In this document: positions 63,001 through 64,000 of the stretch, piece after piece
How the letters are laid out: every line of letters begins with the position of its first letter
How positions within the stretch are numbered: position 1 is the first letter of the stretch
Assembly: GCF_964204865.1 (NCBI RefSeq)
Contig: NC_135250.1
Span: forward strand, 26,908,001 to 26,972,000
Direction: 5' to 3'
DNA from: Styela clava
Taxonomy: Eukaryota
DNA: 64,000 nucleotides
The notes under the pieces: generated by a model
The model's database searches: none
Told to the model about the DNA's origin: nothing
Seen by the model: only the letters and a program-made list of their open reading frames with translations
Position numbers and translations under genes: made by a program

Positions 63001-63750
63001 CTAACCAAAATACTCAACCTCAGGTTGCAAGTTTAAATATTTCATGCAATGTCTCATTGGTACAAGGAGATATCACAGCACGTAATGTAAGTATAATTCT
63101 AATATAAGAAAGTAATGCACAAATAAAACATTTTTGGGCGCTCCAGAAGTATGTGTACCAATATGGAGGTAACTATTTTGTTTGCCTATTTTACATCGAG
63201 ATGTGTGAAGGGACTGAAGCCTATGGGCTGGAGGTGTATTCACTTGGCTAACACAGACAGATAGAACTAAAATAAGGAAAATCGGAATAAAAGTATGGCT
63301 TAACCCTAACCTGGTACACATACTACGGGAGAGAATTTAAGAGTTGGGATGGCATTGCATTTCTCAGGATTTATCATGGAGTAGGGTCTAGCAGTCTTGC
63401 ACTTACCGTAATAATTCCCCACAGTAAACGAACCTTTGAACTTGCACAGGAGGACCTTTTTCGAAGTAAAAGATGTGAATAAAGCAGACAATGCTACTTG
63501 TGTAGGGCGTTGTTTTGAGCGCAAGTTGTGAATAAGCGTACAAGCGTCACATAAAAAGTAGCAACTACATGAACAAGGACATTTATAAAAGGTTTGCACC
63601 AAAATTTTCTAATAAATGAACCAACAAAAGTCTGTTTCCACATTACAGGATGATGTGATTGTTAGTATAAGTCCTCCAAAACACATTGCTGACATGAGCG
63701 GATCTGCTGTATCGAAGGCTCTGTTGAAAAAAGCTGGACAGAGAATACTC
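42012..63750 (+). CDS. PARP14: PARP14-like macro-PARP, copy R (25 coding exons, ~1455 aa visible; continues beyond right edge)
   Basis: Exons: 42012-42165, 42922-43032, 44097-44598, 45137-45218, 45664-45745, 46706-47015, 49076-49224, 49732-49838, 50838-50973, 51594-51661, 52120-52294, 53221-53385, 53967-54175, 54674-54855, 55453-55581, 56305-56455, 57283-57409, 58155-58360, 58863-59118, 59529-59770, 60164-60332, 61448-61592, 62284-62500, 62898-63086, 63649-63750. Exon lengths equal copy L except exon 3 (-66 nt) and exon 20 (+3 nt). The spliced frame is open throughout. Confidence 0.88.
43597..43879. mobile_element. MITE with inverted arrays of GCGAC-core short repeats
   Basis: Tandem TAGCGACTGTCATAATGGCGAC units facing their reverse complement; single arm at 27509-27610. 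Confidence 0.65.
44097..44598 (+). repeat. Coding tandem repeat exon, 5 cores
   Basis: Same exon as 26724-27291 but exactly one 66-nt unit shorter. Confidence 0.9.
48870..49020 (-). mobile_element. Second SINE-like family (paralogous copy ~21972-22120)
   Basis: TGGCTCTGTGG and GAGTTTAAATCCC Pol III-like boxes followed by ATAAATTGGGTAGGCAATGCC. That motif recurs at ~5280, 11235, 23345, 30850, 34520 and 59250. Confidence 0.5.
60164..63750 (+). CDS. Macrodomain 1 and start of macrodomain 2 exons, copy R
   Basis: DITKHTCDVIVNTSN; GAGNLPSCKKIVHAVGPRW; SIAMPAISCGVFGG; QGDITARNDDVIV. Confidence 0.9.
60363..60582. mobile_element. Merlin-like MITE present only in copy R
   Basis: TSD ATTTATTT/AGTTATTT; empty site AATTATTT on the minus strand at ~8885-8892. 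Confidence 0.8.
63137..63332. mobile_element. Merlin-like MITE
   Basis: CATTTTTG|GGCGCTCC start, ends TAACCCTAACCTGGTACACATACTACGGGAG. Confidence 0.7.
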
Positions 63751-64000
63751 GTAAGTTTTAATATCGATTCATTTGGAACATAATTCTAGAGCAGTGGTTT
63801 TTGAACTTATTAAGCCGCTCCCCGTTTTTAGAATTTGTCAAGTCTCATGCCCACCTCAAAAACAACTACCGGTAGCTACAAATAACATATAGTAAGAGAA
63901 AAGTATGTTTTTATTGAAAAACACGTTGAAATACGTGGATGGAACTAAATATTCAAAATGAAGAACCACTATTTTAGATAGAACTTAACTTTTGTGCAAA

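Larger units (their letters stand above)
38588..63760. repeat. Right arm of large inverted duplication (probably extends beyond window)
   Basis: Mirror of 6050-33650. The innermost match I can see is AGTACAAGGAAA at ~38590 versus TTTCCTTGTACT at ~33640. Confidence 0.95.

Noticed and set aside
132-63602. Most ORF-track entries as standalone genes
   Set aside because: They are exon fragments extended into introns, antisense shadows of exons, or repeat-derived.

Overview
AT-rich, intron-rich, repeat-dense animal DNA. It fits a marine invertebrate such as a tunicate, but that is inference only. The window is one large imperfect inverted duplication. Two paralogous PARP14-like macro-PARP genes point away from each other. 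Copy L is on the minus strand (ATG at 29368, 32 coding exons, running off the left edge). Copy R is on the plus strand (ATG at 42012, 25 coding exons, running off the right edge). I assembled both by hand from GT-AG sites. All intron phases are compatible, and paired exons are the same length except exon 3 (66 nt) and exon 20 (3 nt). The protein reads: RRM-like, R/G/Y/N/Q tandem repeat, canonical RRM, Pro/Arg linker, three PARP14-type RRMs, KH-like region, three macrodomains. The expected WWE/ART domains would lie outside the window. Identity between the arms is mosaic: near-identical multi-kb tracts, introns included, lie between a diverged promoter/first coding exon and a diverged macrodomain end. 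Introns and the ~5 kb spacer hold tRNA-derived SINEs, hAT-type MITEs, a Merlin-like MITE family carrying telomeric repeats, a modular foldback element and Helentron-like elements. Many of these are present in only one arm. Identity levels were judged by eye, not computed.
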